Part shown: in pieces, positions 18,917-28,932 of the stretch
How positions within the stretch are numbered: position 1 is the stretch's first letter
Layout of the letters: every line of letters starts with the position of its first letter
DNA from: an uncultured Verrucomicrobiae bacterium
GTDB taxonomy: Bacteria; Verrucomicrobiota; Verrucomicrobiia; Limisphaerales; Palsa-1400
Reading direction: 5' to 3'
Assembly (NCBI GenBank): GCA_963764165.1
Contig: CAVXRD010000002.1
Span: 1,120,001-1,184,000, forward strand
DNA: 64,000 nt
Made by a program: the position numbers and the translations under genes
The notes under the pieces: model-generated
Told to the model about the DNA's origin: nothing
The model's input: the letters and a program-made list of their open reading frames with translations, nothing else
The model's database searches: none

Positions 18917-19355
18917 ATTAAATGATTTGTATCAGGAAGTGATTCTGGATCACAGCCGGAAGCCCCGCAACTTCCATGTCCTGCCCGACGCCAATCGCTC
19001 GGCGGAAGGGAACAATCCACTCTGTGGCGATCGCTACACGGTGTATCTGAAACTGGAGGGCGATACGATCAAGGACATCAGCTTTCAAGGTTCCGGCTGC
19101 GCGATTTCCAAAGCGTCCGCCTCCATGATGACCGACCAGCTTAAGGGCAAGACGCTGTCCAATGCGCGCGACTTTTTTTCGCAATATCAATCGATGGTGA
19201 CGACCGGCAAAATGGACGAGGATTTCATGGGCAAATTGTGCGCTTTTGCTGGAGTTGCCCATTTTCCTATGCGCGTCAAATGCGCCATTCTCCCCTGGCA
19301 CGCCCTGCTCGCCGGGTTGGATGGCAAGGCGTCCGCATCGACGGACGTTCAATAA
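18906..19355 (+). CDS. sufU: SUF system NifU-family protein SufU
   Basis: LYQEVILDHSRKPRN, NPLCGD, GSGCAISKASAS, FPMRVKCA. Confidence 0.95.
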   Translation: MGDELNDLYQEVILDHSRKPRNFHVLPDANRSAEGNNPLCGDRYTVYLKLEGDTIKDISFQGSGCAISKASASMMTDQLKGKTLSNARDFFSQYQSMVTTGKMDEDFMGKLCAFAGVAHFPMRVKCAILPWHALLAGLDGKASASTDVQ

Positions 19356-19382
19356 ATCAAGACGGCGAGCGCTGTTACAGCC

Positions 19383-19925
19383 ATGAGCGACGAAATTATT
19401 CTAAAACGCAATTGCGACGCGGTCCTGATTCCCGCGGGAACCAAGATCACGCTGCAAGCGGGCGAGCCGGTGATCATCACCCAGGCGCTGGGCGGGAGTT
19501 ACACCGTCATCATCCACGGCAACATGGCCCGCATCGAAGCCCGCGATGCAGATGCCATTGGGCAGGCGCCTGCGGAATCCACTTCGACAGCCACGCCCGC
19601 AGGCGACGGTTCGGTGACCGAGGAATTGGTAATGGAGAAATTGCGGACATGTTACGATCCGGAAATTCCCGTCAACATTGTTGACCTCGGCCTCGTTTAC
19701 GACACGCAAATCTCCGCCTTGCCGGACGGCGGCAACCGTGTTGAAGTCAAGATGACTTTGACCGCGCCCGGCTGCGGCATGGGGCCGGTTTTGCAACAGG
19801 ACGTCGAGACGAAAGTTGCATCCATCCCCGGGGTCAAGGAAGCGGCGATTCACCTCGTTTGGGACCCGCCCTGGAGCCGCGAAATGCTGTCAGAGGCCGC
19901 CAAGCTCGAACTCGGACTAATGTGA
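19383..19925 (+). CDS. sufT: Fe-S assembly protein SufT (DUF59 domain)
   Basis: CYDPEIPVNIVDLGLVY, MTLTAPGCGMG, VWDPPW, with the ITQALGGSYTV N-terminal extension. Confidence 0.93.
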   Translation: MSDEIILKRNCDAVLIPAGTKITLQAGEPVIITQALGGSYTVIIHGNMARIEARDADAIGQAPAESTSTATPAGDGSVTEELVMEKLRTCYDPEIPVNIVDLGLVYDTQISALPDGGNRVEVKMTLTAPGCGMGPVLQQDVETKVASIPGVKEAAIHLVWDPPWSREMLSEAAKLELGLM

Positions 19926-21157
19926 CCTGCACCTCGCCAGATTGGGCCGCGCTGCGGGAGGATTTCCCGATCCTCCGCCAGAACGTCCATGGCCGCCCGC
20001 TCGTCTATCTTGACAACGCGGCCTCCTCGCAAAAGCCGGTGGCCGTGCTGGAAACGCTCGACCACTTTTACAGGCGCGACAATGCCAACGTTCATCGCGG
20101 CATTCACGAATTGAGCCGCCGCTCGACGGTGGCGTTTGAGGCCGCGCGCGAACGCGTGGCGAAATTTCTCAACGCGCGGCAATCGGAGGAAATTATTTTC
20201 ACGCGCGGCACGACCGAGGGCATCAATCTCGTCGCGCGCGCCTGGGGCGATAAAAACATCCGCGCGGGCGACACCATCCTGCTCACGGAAATGGAGCATC
20301 ACAGCAATATCGTCCCGTGGCAAATGCTGGCCCAGCGCACCGGGGCCAAACTGGCTTTCGTCCCCGTCACCGGCGACGACGGGCTTCTGGATTTGAGCGG
20401 GCTGGATACTTTGTTTGACAGCACCGTGAAACTGTTTGCCTTCACCCACGTCTCCAACACGCTCGGCACGGTGAATCCCGTTGTCGACCTTTGCGCGCGG
20501 GCGCGGAAACGCGGCATTGTGACGCTGGTGGATGGAGCACAGAGCACCGGGCATCGTCCTGTCGATGTGCAGGAAATCGGCTGCGATTTTCTTGCCTTCT
20601 CCGGGCACAAAGTTTGCGGGCCAACCGGAATTGGCGCGCTTTACGGCCGTCGTGAATTGCTTGAGAAAATGCCTCCGTTCCTCGGCGGCGGCGACATGAT
20701 TTCAAACGTCGAGTTTTTCTCCAGCACTTACAAAGACCCGCCTCATCGCTTCGAGGCGGGCACGCCGGATTTCGCGGCGGCCATCGGATTGGGCGCGGCG
20801 CTTGAATATTTGGCGGCGATTGGGATGGAACACATCGCGCGGCATGATTCTGAATTAGCCGCCCTCGCGCTCGAACGCTTGTTGAGCCTGCCGGGGCTTC
20901 GCTTGTTCGGGCCTCGCACCGGCCGCGCCGGCGTGGTGAGCTTTCTTTTGAACGACATTCACGCGCACGACGTTGTCACGGTGGCGGACCAGCGCGGCGT
21001 GGCATTGCGCGGCGGGCATCACTGCAATCAGCCATTGATGCGCAAGCTCGGCGTGGAATCAACCGCGCGGGCGAGCTTTTATTTTTACAACACCCCCGCG
21101 GAAGTCGAATGTCTGTTTGACACGCTGTGGGAAATTCAAAAATTTTTCGGCGCATGA
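19922..21157 (+). CDS. sufS: Cysteine desulfurase SufS
   Basis: YLDNAASSQKP, MEHHSNIVPW, FSGHK (PLP lysine), RGGHHCNQP. Confidence 0.97.
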   Translation: MTCTSPDWAALREDFPILRQNVHGRPLVYLDNAASSQKPVAVLETLDHFYRRDNANVHRGIHELSRRSTVAFEAARERVAKFLNARQSEEIIFTRGTTEGINLVARAWGDKNIRAGDTILLTEMEHHSNIVPWQMLAQRTGAKLAFVPVTGDDGLLDLSGLDTLFDSTVKLFAFTHVSNTLGTVNPVVDLCARARKRGIVTLVDGAQSTGHRPVDVQEIGCDFLAFSGHKVCGPTGIGALYGRRELLEKMPPFLGGGDMISNVEFFSSTYKDPPHRFEAGTPDFAAAIGLGAALEYLAAIGMEHIARHDSELAALALERLLSLPGLRLFGPRTGRAGVVSFLLNDIHAHDVVTVADQRGVALRGGHHCNQPLMRKLGVESTARASFYFYNTPAEVECLFDTLWEIQKFFGA

Positions 21158-21699
21158 GCGACACCATTGATCCACAAACAACCATGACGCGCGTGCTGGA
21201 AGTTTTTCCGAGCGCGCAGCGGGCCTTGTTCCGAAAATACCACATTGGCGGCTGCGCGAGTTGCGCGTTTCAACCGGGCGAAACACTGGCAGGTTTGTGC
21301 GAGCGTAATCAACTGAACGTTACGGAAGTCATTGAACATCTTCGCACGAGCCATTTGCAGGACGAGGAATTGCAAATCTCGCCCGCTGAGGTTGCCAAAT
21401 TGCGGGCTGAAGGGACGGTGCGCATGGTGGATATTCGCAGCCGTGAGGAGTTTGACGCGACGCACATTGAAGGCGCGGTGCTGCTTTCGCAGCCGGTGAT
21501 GCAGGAAATTTTGGGCCACTGGCCGCGCGAAGGTTTGATGGTGCTCTACGATCATCGCGGACGCCAGAGCCTCGACGCCGCGGCGTACTTTACCGGCCAG
21601 GGATTTCGCAACGTCCGCTGCCTGCGCGGCGGCATCGACGCATGGTCGCGCGAGGCGGACAAGAATATCCCGCGCTACCGATTGGAGATGGCATCATGA
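21154..21699 (+). CDS. CxxC small domain (DUF1858-like) fused to a rhodanese-like domain
   Basis: N-terminal YHIGGCASCAFQPGETL; C-terminal DIRSREEF..HIEGA...LYDHRGRQS...LRGGIDAW. Confidence 0.85.
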   Translation: MSDTIDPQTTMTRVLEVFPSAQRALFRKYHIGGCASCAFQPGETLAGLCERNQLNVTEVIEHLRTSHLQDEELQISPAEVAKLRAEGTVRMVDIRSREEFDATHIEGAVLLSQPVMQEILGHWPREGLMVLYDHRGRQSLDAAAYFTGQGFRNVRCLRGGIDAWSREADKNIPRYRLEMAS

Positions 21700-22208
21700 G
21701 CGCGGAAAACGAGTATCAAAAACGGATCGAGGAAGCGTTGCGCGACCCGAAGAACCTCGGTGAACTCACCGGGGCGGACGCCGTCGGCACCGCCGGCAGC
21801 GCGGCGTGCGGCGACATGGTGCGCCTCTGGATCAAGTTCCGCGAGCAGGGCGGCAAAAAAGTTGTTGACAAAGCCACCTTCCAAAGTTTCGGCTGCGAAA
21901 CTGCCATCGCGGTAGCGAGCCTGGCGACGGAATTGATTCGCGGGAAAACGGCGGAGGAAGTTCTGGCGCTGTCCGGCGAAGAATTGGCCCCGAGCCTCGG
22001 CCCGCTGCCGCCGGTCAAGATTCATTGCACGCAACTGGTGGAAAGCGCATTGCGCTCCGCGCTCGAACCGCAATCATCCCCTGCCCCAACTGTCGTTGCA
22101 GCGCCCGCTCCCGTGTCCGCGCCAAGTTTGGTTGACAAGTTCACGCAAGCCAGCCAGCCCTCGGGAAAATTGAAAGTCGTCCTCCTCGAACCGGGCAGCG
22201 ACGACTGA
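21696..22208 (+). CDS. IscU/NifU-type Fe-S scaffold protein
   Basis: DPKNLG, AACGDMV, FQSFGCETAIA, LPPVKIHC. Confidence 0.9.
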   Translation: MSAENEYQKRIEEALRDPKNLGELTGADAVGTAGSAACGDMVRLWIKFREQGGKKVVDKATFQSFGCETAIAVASLATELIRGKTAEEVLALSGEELAPSLGPLPPVKIHCTQLVESALRSALEPQSSPAPTVVAAPAPVSAPSLVDKFTQASQPSGKLKVVLLEPGSDD

Positions 22209-22237
22209 TTCGGTGTTTTCTCAGAACCCCTGATCAA

Positions 22238-22340
22238 GGTAGGGACGCCTCGCCGAGGCGTCCGGGGTGAGGCTCCAATTCATTCGAGAGCCGCGACCAT
22301 AAACGCGCGCAACCGGACGCCTCGGCGAGGCGTCCCTACC
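22238..22340. repeat. REPIN (GGTAGGGACGCCTCGCCGAGGCGTCC inverted pair)
   Basis: Arms 22238-22263 and 22315-22340 lie between convergent genes; second pair at 61083-61186, degenerate single near 58165-58190. Confidence 0.85.
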
Positions 22341-22365
22341 AGTGCTGGTTTCATTCGCCGCGACC

Positions 22366-23478
22366 TCAGACCCACCCGATTTTCTTCTGCCAGTCGCGAT
22401 AAGCGGCGGGAGCGATTTCTGAAGGCTTGATTTCGCTGCGACCGCCCCAGAAAACATTCGTATAACTGACAGGCATTCCCGCCTCGGCGAGATGGCGGTC
22501 AATCGCTTCCTTGTGCGCGAGCACGAGCGGCTTCTCCATGCCGTGCGCCACGCCCATGACGTTGACATTGTGAAACTCCGGCCCGCCTTCGCGCCAATAC
22601 GCGTGCGTCATGATAAAATGCCGGCCCACTTCACGCCCGGCTTCGATCTCGCGCCCCGGCGGCACGGCCCAATGAAACAGCGCATTGAAACGCGTGACGC
22701 GGTCGCCGTCCTTCAACGTCTTGACATGCTCGAGAAACGTCGAAAATCGCCCGATGATTTTGCGCCGCTCGAAATTGGCGGCGGTTTCGTAAAATGTGTC
22801 AAGAGGAACGTCCGCCTCTGCCGCGCGGGCGGGCCAGACATCCGCGGCGATTTCATCCACTTCAAATTCGCGTTTCAGCGCGGTGAGAATCCGCCACTCC
22901 GTTTCGTTCAACTCGACGATCGCGACTTCCTGCACATCGGCGGGAACATCCGCGCGCGCGCCCGGCTCCAATCCGCGTCGGCGAATGTGTCCGACTCCGA
23001 GCGCGAAAAGTCGCTTCGCGGGCATCAGGCGGAAATGTTCCGCGCCCGTTTTCGTCGAGAGAAATTCGCAATGTTCGCGCATCGAAAATCCCTGCGGCAC
23101 TTTCAGCGTTGTCCACAATTTGTAATTCGAGCCCGCCGTCGCTGTGTCCGTCGAGCGCAGCACGACGTGGCCGGAAAAAGGGTCTTGCTGGAACATGAAA
23201 TCGAAGGCGGCATCCAATTTTTCCGCCGGCACCTGCCACGCCACCAGCGCGCCTTGGGCAAGATTTGTGGCCAGCAACGTTTGCCGCACACGGCGGATCG
23301 TTCCTGCTTGCAGCATGGCGCGGATGCGTTCCAGCACGACGTCCAATTCCAACTCGGCTTGGCGGGCGATTTCGTGGAACGGATGCCGTTGAAAGCCCTG
23401 CAATTTGTCCTCGGAAATCGCCAGGATTCGGGCGTTGATCGGGTCGCTGATTTCGTATGGAACCACAGAAAGATTCAT
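22366..23478 (-). CDS. Lrp/AsnC-like duplicated protein, AhbA/AhbB (NirDL)-like
   Basis: Two internal repeats, each an HTH (PFHEIA...GTIRR; PARAA...IIGRF) followed by an AsnC-like domain with SGHVVLR / MTHAYWR motifs. Confidence 0.7.
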   Translation of the reverse strand: MNLSVVPYEISDPINARILAISEDKLQGFQRHPFHEIARQAELELDVVLERIRAMLQAGTIRRVRQTLLATNLAQGALVAWQVPAEKLDAAFDFMFQQDPFSGHVVLRSTDTATAGSNYKLWTTLKVPQGFSMREHCEFLSTKTGAEHFRLMPAKRLFALGVGHIRRRGLEPGARADVPADVQEVAIVELNETEWRILTALKREFEVDEIAADVWPARAAEADVPLDTFYETAANFERRKIIGRFSTFLEHVKTLKDGDRVTRFNALFHWAVPPGREIEAGREVGRHFIMTHAYWREGGPEFHNVNVMGVAHGMEKPLVLAHKEAIDRHLAEAGMPVSYTNVFWGGRSEIKPSEIAPAAYRDWQKKIGWV

Positions 23479-23531
23479 GAGCGTTTTACCGTGCGAAGTC
23501 TATGCTCCGCTCTCCCATCGCGCAAGAAGTC

Positions 23532-24287
23532 TCACTTGGCTCGATGCGGCGCGCCCATCCACACATCGCTCACGCCGGGCGAATAGTGCGCGCTGGAAAA
23601 CTGCGCTTTGGAGAACCAAGCAAATGCGTTGCGAATCAGCCCGTCATCTTGAACGCGGACCGATGCCGATGCCTGCTTCCAAGGTTTGTGCCAAATATCG
23701 AAGTACCGCGTGAATCCCCCGATGCGCGTGAAGGCGGTGTAACGCTCAATCAGAAATTCATCGATGCTTCCGGGAATGGATTCGCGGAAATCATTCCCCG
23801 GCGAAGTCTCTCCAGAATACTCGAACGCGCCTCCCACGTTTCCTCCCAATGTCTGACAGCCTGGATCATGCGCGTATTTGATGCGGGCGAAGCGGTATGG
23901 CAATCCGTATGCAACCGGGCCACCCAACACGCACACAGGATTGTTGAGCCATTCGCTGATGAAGTAAATGGCTGGGCGCCCATGGTGAACAACGTAGGTG
24001 CGCAAATTAAGAAAACGATGATGAGAAATGGGCCAAAACAACCATCGCCCCAGCGCGCCGCCAAAATTCAACCGGAGCCGCTCCATATGAAAAGCAACTG
24101 CGCTGACATAGGCGCGACCGTTCCACAAATCCAGTTCGAATGGGATGTGGGGTTGGAGGCAATCGGCTGGAATCTCAAAATGCAGGAAGAGGGCTCGCGT
24201 CCAATCGCCGATCAACAGCGGTTTGCCCTCGCGGGCCAGGAATCGTTCGCGAGCTGCTGCCGAATAATTTTCGGCAGTGGCATTCAT
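23532..24287 (-). CDS. DUF2071 (YqjF-like) protein
   Basis: W...LFLHF, FLNLRTYV, YGLPY, FLIERYTAF, WHKPW. Confidence 0.88.
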   Translation of the reverse strand: MNATAENYSAAARERFLAREGKPLLIGDWTRALFLHFEIPADCLQPHIPFELDLWNGRAYVSAVAFHMERLRLNFGGALGRWLFWPISHHRFLNLRTYVVHHGRPAIYFISEWLNNPVCVLGGPVAYGLPYRFARIKYAHDPGCQTLGGNVGGAFEYSGETSPGNDFRESIPGSIDEFLIERYTAFTRIGGFTRYFDIWHKPWKQASASVRVQDDGLIRNAFAWFSKAQFSSAHYSPGVSDVWMGAPHRAK

Positions 24288-25225
24288 TTTCGTCCAAGAT
24301 CCTCCAGCGCAGCCCGGAAAGTGGGGAACTTAAATTGAAACCCCGAAGCCAGCAATTTTCCTGGAACCACCCGGCGGCTCTTGATCATCAACTCCGTTTC
24401 CGTCCTCAGAAAGAATGCGCCGATTTCCAGCATCCATCGCGCGGCCGGCAATCCAATCGGAACGCCGCAAACTTTTCGATACTCCGCCATCATGTCGCGG
24501 TTCGTCATGGGATTCGGCGAAGCAATGTTGAATGGCCCGGTCAATTCGGGATGATCGAGCAGCCATAGCACCGCGCGGCAGAAATCTTCCTCGTGAATCC
24601 ACGCCGCGTATTGCCGTCCGCCCGCCATGTTTCCGCCGAGGCCAAACTTGGTCAGACGGCGCAGCACCGGATACACGGAGCCTTTGTGTGGAGCGAACAC
24701 CATCGACATTCGCATCGGAATTTTTCGCGTGATTGGTGTGGTGGCGTCGGACAGCGCCTTCTCCCACGCTTGCGCCACTTCCACCGAGAATTCGTCGTGG
24801 GCGTCTTTGTCGGCGGCAATTTCGCCTTGCTCGTCCATCACTTTGTCAAAGGAATGCTTGTAGATGGTGGCGGTGCTGGCGTTGAGCCAGGTGGCAGGAG
24901 GATTGGCGCAGGCAGCAATCGCTTCGCCCAGCGCGCGGGTCGAAAAAACGCGGGATTCAAGAATCAACCGCCGGTTCCCAGCAGTGTAGCGGCAGTTCAC
25001 AGACCGGCCGGTCAAATTGATGACCGCCTCCGCCCCCTCCAACTCCGCGCGCCAAGGCCCAACGGAACGCGCATCCCATGCGACGTTTCGCATGCCGGGA
25101 GTATTCGCGCCATCTGCGTTTCGAGTCAGAACGACAATCTCGCGCCCGCTTGCTGCCAGAAACGGTGTGAGAAGCCTTCCCACCAACCCGCTGCCGCCCG
25201 CCAGTATAATGCGATTCGATTTCAT
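24284..25225 (-). CDS. TIGR01777-family NAD-dependent oxidoreductase/epimerase
   Basis: ILAGGSGLVG, VINLTGRSVNCRY, NASTATIY, WIHEED, KSRRVVPGKL..GFQFKFP. Confidence 0.92.
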   Translation of the reverse strand: MKSNRIILAGGSGLVGRLLTPFLAASGREIVVLTRNADGANTPGMRNVAWDARSVGPWRAELEGAEAVINLTGRSVNCRYTAGNRRLILESRVFSTRALGEAIAACANPPATWLNASTATIYKHSFDKVMDEQGEIAADKDAHDEFSVEVAQAWEKALSDATTPITRKIPMRMSMVFAPHKGSVYPVLRRLTKFGLGGNMAGGRQYAAWIHEEDFCRAVLWLLDHPELTGPFNIASPNPMTNRDMMAEYRKVCGVPIGLPAARWMLEIGAFFLRTETELMIKSRRVVPGKLLASGFQFKFPTFRAALEDLGRK

Positions 25226-25352
25226 TTCTGTCTGTGCAGAAATTACTGTAACGTTTGGATATTGTCAAGGAGAGGCGGGTGGATTGGCAAAGTTTTTTAC
25301 GGAGGCAGGCGGATCATTTGCGGCTGGATCCCGGGCGAAAAAACTCGGGCGA

Positions 25353-25760
25353 TCACGCTTTCTTCCGCATGCCGTCAATGCTGAGGGGCCCGGCGCCGGC
25401 CGCGGCCAAATACAGAAACACGAAGCAATACAGCACCGCTAATTCGCCGTGGTTGACTAACGGCAGAAAACCCTTGTTCGCGTGAGCCATGAAATAGGCG
25501 ACAGCCATTTCACCGGAGAGAATGAACGCAACCGGGCGTGTGAGCAATCCGATCAAAATCAACGCCCCGCCCGCCAATTCCAAGACACCTGACCAACCAG
25601 GGATGGAGGTAAACAATTGGGTCACCTTTCCTGTGGCGCTGGGAGGGTATCCCAAAACCTTTTGCGTGCCATGGCAGAGGAACAAAAATCCCACCACGAT
25701 TCGCATCAGCGAAAGCAGGTATGGAGTAACTCGGGCGCAGATTGAAGCGACAATTGTCAT
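25353..25760 (-). CDS. DoxX family membrane protein
   Basis: RIVVGFLFLCHGTQK, ELAGG, TRPVAFILSGEMAVAYF..H, NHGELAVLYC, GAGPLSID. Confidence 0.92.
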   Translation of the reverse strand: MTIVASICARVTPYLLSLMRIVVGFLFLCHGTQKVLGYPPSATGKVTQLFTSIPGWSGVLELAGGALILIGLLTRPVAFILSGEMAVAYFMAHANKGFLPLVNHGELAVLYCFVFLYLAAAGAGPLSIDGMRKKA

Positions 25761-25824
25761 GGCGGACGGAATGTGCGCCCCTCAAGCCGCGCCGTCAAGC
25801 GACAGACTGCGGCAGAAAGGCAGT

Positions 25825-26205
25825 TTATTTCTTCTTCTTTTTTGCGGGTTTCTTTTTCTTTGGGCTTGCCTTGCTCTTGGAACCCTTCCGCTGCGGGACA
25901 AGATACGCCGTGAGGGAACTTGAGGCGAGCGCCACCAAGAATATCGGCACCGTGATGAAAAGCATGGATACCCTGCTGCCGTGCTGGCCCGCCGAGCCCA
26001 GGCACGTGAGAAGCGCCCAAAGCCCCAGCGGCACGCAGGTGATTCCGATCGCCACCTTGCCTTCAGCGCCAAACCATCGAGCCACCGCCGTCAGCAAGGC
26101 GAACACCAGCGCCATGCCAAGAAAAATAACCGGCACCGGCAAATCCACGCCCGGACCGGGCATGCCGTCGGCCAAAAACCATGGACAGATGTGGCTCGCG
26201 CGCAT
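25825..26205 (-). CDS. Small membrane protein with a Lys-rich C-terminal tail
   Basis: Three hydrophobic segments then KGSKSKASPKKKKPAKKKKK; starts directly after the MBL gene stop. Confidence 0.7.
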   Translation of the reverse strand: MRASHICPWFLADGMPGPGVDLPVPVIFLGMALVFALLTAVARWFGAEGKVAIGITCVPLGLWALLTCLGSAGQHGSRVSMLFITVPIFLVALASSSLTAYLVPQRKGSKSKASPKKKKPAKKKKK

Positions 26206-26207
26206 CC

Positions 26208-27152
26208 TCAAAAGACGCAGGGGACGCCTTCCTGCTGGATGCGCAGGCATTCGCTGATGCCGCTGCTTTCGGCGAGCTCCGCGAGCCAGCGCGGCGGCTC
26301 GTCAATGTCTTCGAACGATAGTTTGAATGTCCCGTAGTGCATCGGCACGAACCATTTGGCTTTCAAATCCGCAAACGCTTTGATCGCTTCGTCCGGCCCC
26401 ATGTGGACGCGGCGAAAGCTGTCGGGATAGTAGGCGCCAATCGGCAGCATCGCAATCTCCGGCGGGCACACGCGGCCGATTTCCTTGAACCCGGGAAAAT
26501 ACGCGCTGTCCCCGGCGTGATAAACTCGGCGGCCCTGGTGCTCGATAATAAATCCGCCGAAACCGCGATGATGATCCCGCAGCGTCCGCGCGCCCCAATG
26601 ATTCGACGGCGTCAGCGTCACCTTCCAATTGTCATGCGAAAAACTTTCCCACCATTGCAATTCAATGATGCGCTCGAATCCCAGGTCCGACGCCAATTCA
26701 CCCATGCCCCACGGCATGATGGCGATTTTTGGCGAAGGCAGTTTTCGCAGGGTCGGCTTGTGGAAATGGTCGAAATGAGCGTGTGTCAACAAAACCAAGT
26801 CAATGGGCGGCAAATCCTGGATTTTCAAACCCGCGCGGCGAAGCCGTTTGATGACCAGCAGCCAGTTGGCAAAATTCGGGTCAATCAAAACGTTCAAGTC
26901 CGTGAATTGCGCGAGAAAGGAGGCGTGGCCGATCCACGTCAACGCCACCTGACCGCGCGCCAGCTTGGGAAATTTAGGCTTGACGTGCTCGCCGACGCGC
27001 CGGGTCACGAGCGCCTTCCAGACCATCTCGTGGAAAAAAGTGCGCGGGTTGAAATGCTTGCTGGGCGTCAGGTCCTTGAACGAGCGCGGCAGCGGCTGGC
27101 GCTTCCGCGGCGCCGGCTTCGCCATTTTCACATGCGTTTTATCTTTGGCCAT
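26208..27152 (-). CDS. Metallo-beta-lactamase-fold hydrolase (NAPE-PLD-like)
   Basis: TWIGHAS, THAHFDH, HAGDSAY, PIGAY, PMHYGTF. Confidence 0.92.
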   Translation of the reverse strand: MAKDKTHVKMAKPAPRKRQPLPRSFKDLTPSKHFNPRTFFHEMVWKALVTRRVGEHVKPKFPKLARGQVALTWIGHASFLAQFTDLNVLIDPNFANWLLVIKRLRRAGLKIQDLPPIDLVLLTHAHFDHFHKPTLRKLPSPKIAIMPWGMGELASDLGFERIIELQWWESFSHDNWKVTLTPSNHWGARTLRDHHRGFGGFIIEHQGRRVYHAGDSAYFPGFKEIGRVCPPEIAMLPIGAYYPDSFRRVHMGPDEAIKAFADLKAKWFVPMHYGTFKLSFEDIDEPPRWLAELAESSGISECLRIQQEGVPCVF

Positions 27153-27170
27153 TTCTGTTTCCGCCTATCG

Positions 27171-28613
27171 CTATTTGCGGGTGGAAGGTTCGAATACCCG
27201 CAATGGACTGCAATTTCGCACTGCCTCCCGCATTTCCGCCAATGATTTTAATTCTCCCGCCGCTCGCGCTTGCGAGAGCAGATTCCCCAAAACCGTCGTC
27301 TCCGCCGGCCCCGCCACCACTGGGCGCCCGCATGAATTGGCGGCAAGTTGATTGAGCAGCGCATTATTTGAACCGCCACCGACAACGTGAATCACGTCAA
27401 TTCTATTTCCGGCCAGCTCCTCCAACCCGCGCAGCACCACCGCATATTTTGCCGCCAAACTTTCCAACACGCAGCGCACCAATGCCCCTTCGCTCTCGGG
27501 CGCCGGCTGGCTGGTGTCGCGGCACGCCTGCCGGATCGCGGTGGGCATATCGGGCGGATTGGCGAAGCCCGCGTCATCGGGATCGAGAATCGCGCGCGGG
27601 CCTTCGGAGGCCTCGGCAAGACGCGTCAATTCCGCATAATCGAACGTCTTGCCACCCGCCTCGAACGATTTCTTGCATTGCTGCACCAGCCACAAGCCGG
27701 TGATGTTTTTCAGCAGGCGAAATGTTCCGTCGATGCCGCCTTCGTTGGTAAAATTGAGTTGGAGAACCTTGTCCGTCAAAACGGCGTTCGGCGTTTCAAT
27801 GCCCATCAGCGACCACGTTCCGGAACTGATGTAGGCCCAATCCGTTTTGCCGGTGTTCGAGGTGGGAATGGCGGCCACGGCGGAAGCGGTATCGTGCGTC
27901 GGCGGAGCGACGACTTTTATCGGGCCGAGGCCCGTTCGCTGCCGGACGGATTCGCGCAGCGTTCCGAGTTCCGTTCCCGGCGGGACGACCTTCGGGAAAA
28001 TGCGCGCGGGCAACCCAAATTTCTCCAGCATGCCAAAAGCCCAATCCCGCCGCACCGGATCAAGGCACTGGCTGGTGGTGGCGTTGGTGAACTCCGCCAC
28101 CCGCGACCCGCACAGGCACCAATGGAAAAAGTCCGGCATCATCAGCAGGCAATCCGCCATCTCCAGCAAATCCGGATGCGTCTGCTTTAAAGCGAGCAAT
28201 TGATAGAGCGTGTTGATCTCCATGAATTGCAGGCCGGTGCGGGCAAAAATCTCCGGGCGCGGCACCTGGCTGAATGCGTGATTGAACATGCCATTCACCC
28301 GCGAATCCCGATAATGATACGGCTGCCCGAGAATCTCACCTCCCTTTGTCAGCAGGACGAAATCGACACCCCATGTGTCCACCCCCACCGAGACCACGGA
28401 GTCGCCATAATATTTAGCCGCGAGGGACAAGCCGGCCTGAATCTCCGCCCAGAGCTGCAGGACGTTCCAGCGCAAAGTGCCCGCCAGAGGAACCGGGCCA
28501 TTGGCGAAACGGTGCAATTCGCGGACGTGCATGGCGCGACCGTCCCAAGCGCCGGCCATGACCCGGCCACTTTCCGCGCCGAGGTCGATACCGAGATATA
28601 CTTGGTCACTCAC
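27171..28613 (-). CDS. rhaB: Rhamnulokinase family sugar kinase
   Basis: [53 protein letters not shown]. Confidence 0.88.
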   Translation of the reverse strand: MSDQVYLGIDLGAESGRVMAGAWDGRAMHVRELHRFANGPVPLAGTLRWNVLQLWAEIQAGLSLAAKYYGDSVVSVGVDTWGVDFVLLTKGGEILGQPYHYRDSRVNGMFNHAFSQVPRPEIFARTGLQFMEINTLYQLLALKQTHPDLLEMADCLLMMPDFFHWCLCGSRVAEFTNATTSQCLDPVRRDWAFGMLEKFGLPARIFPKVVPPGTELGTLRESVRQRTGLGPIKVVAPPTHDTASAVAAIPTSNTGKTDWAYISSGTWSLMGIETPNAVLTDKVLQLNFTNEGGIDGTFRLLKNITGLWLVQQCKKSFEAGGKTFDYAELTRLAEASEGPRAILDPDDAGFANPPDMPTAIRQACRDTSQPAPESEGALVRCVLESLAAKYAVVLRGLEELAGNRIDVIHVVGGGSNNALLNQLAANSCGRPVVAGPAETTVLGNLLSQARAAGELKSLAEMREAVRNCSPLRVFEPSTRK

Positions 28614-28932
28614 GGGTTTTGAGAGCGTGCTTCAGTCGTTTTGTATACGTGCCTTTGCGAGGGTGAAAGTTCAAGGGGGAAAACAGCGCGCCGACCACGA
28701 AAAATCTGGAACGGCTGAAATCCTGAAAAGAGTCCCATGTTGCGTTCAGGCGGGCCGTTAATTCGGTCCCAGTGCTGAGCCGCGCATCCTCGCGCCCGCG
28801 TTTGGGCGGCGACGCAGCACCGGCCCTGCCTCAATCTGGCGGGGCGGAGCGGGAAGACCGAGGGCGCGGAGAGGGGAGTCCTTTCATGGGTCCTGTCCAC
28901 GGCTTTCCGCACCAAGGAATCAAATGGATTTG

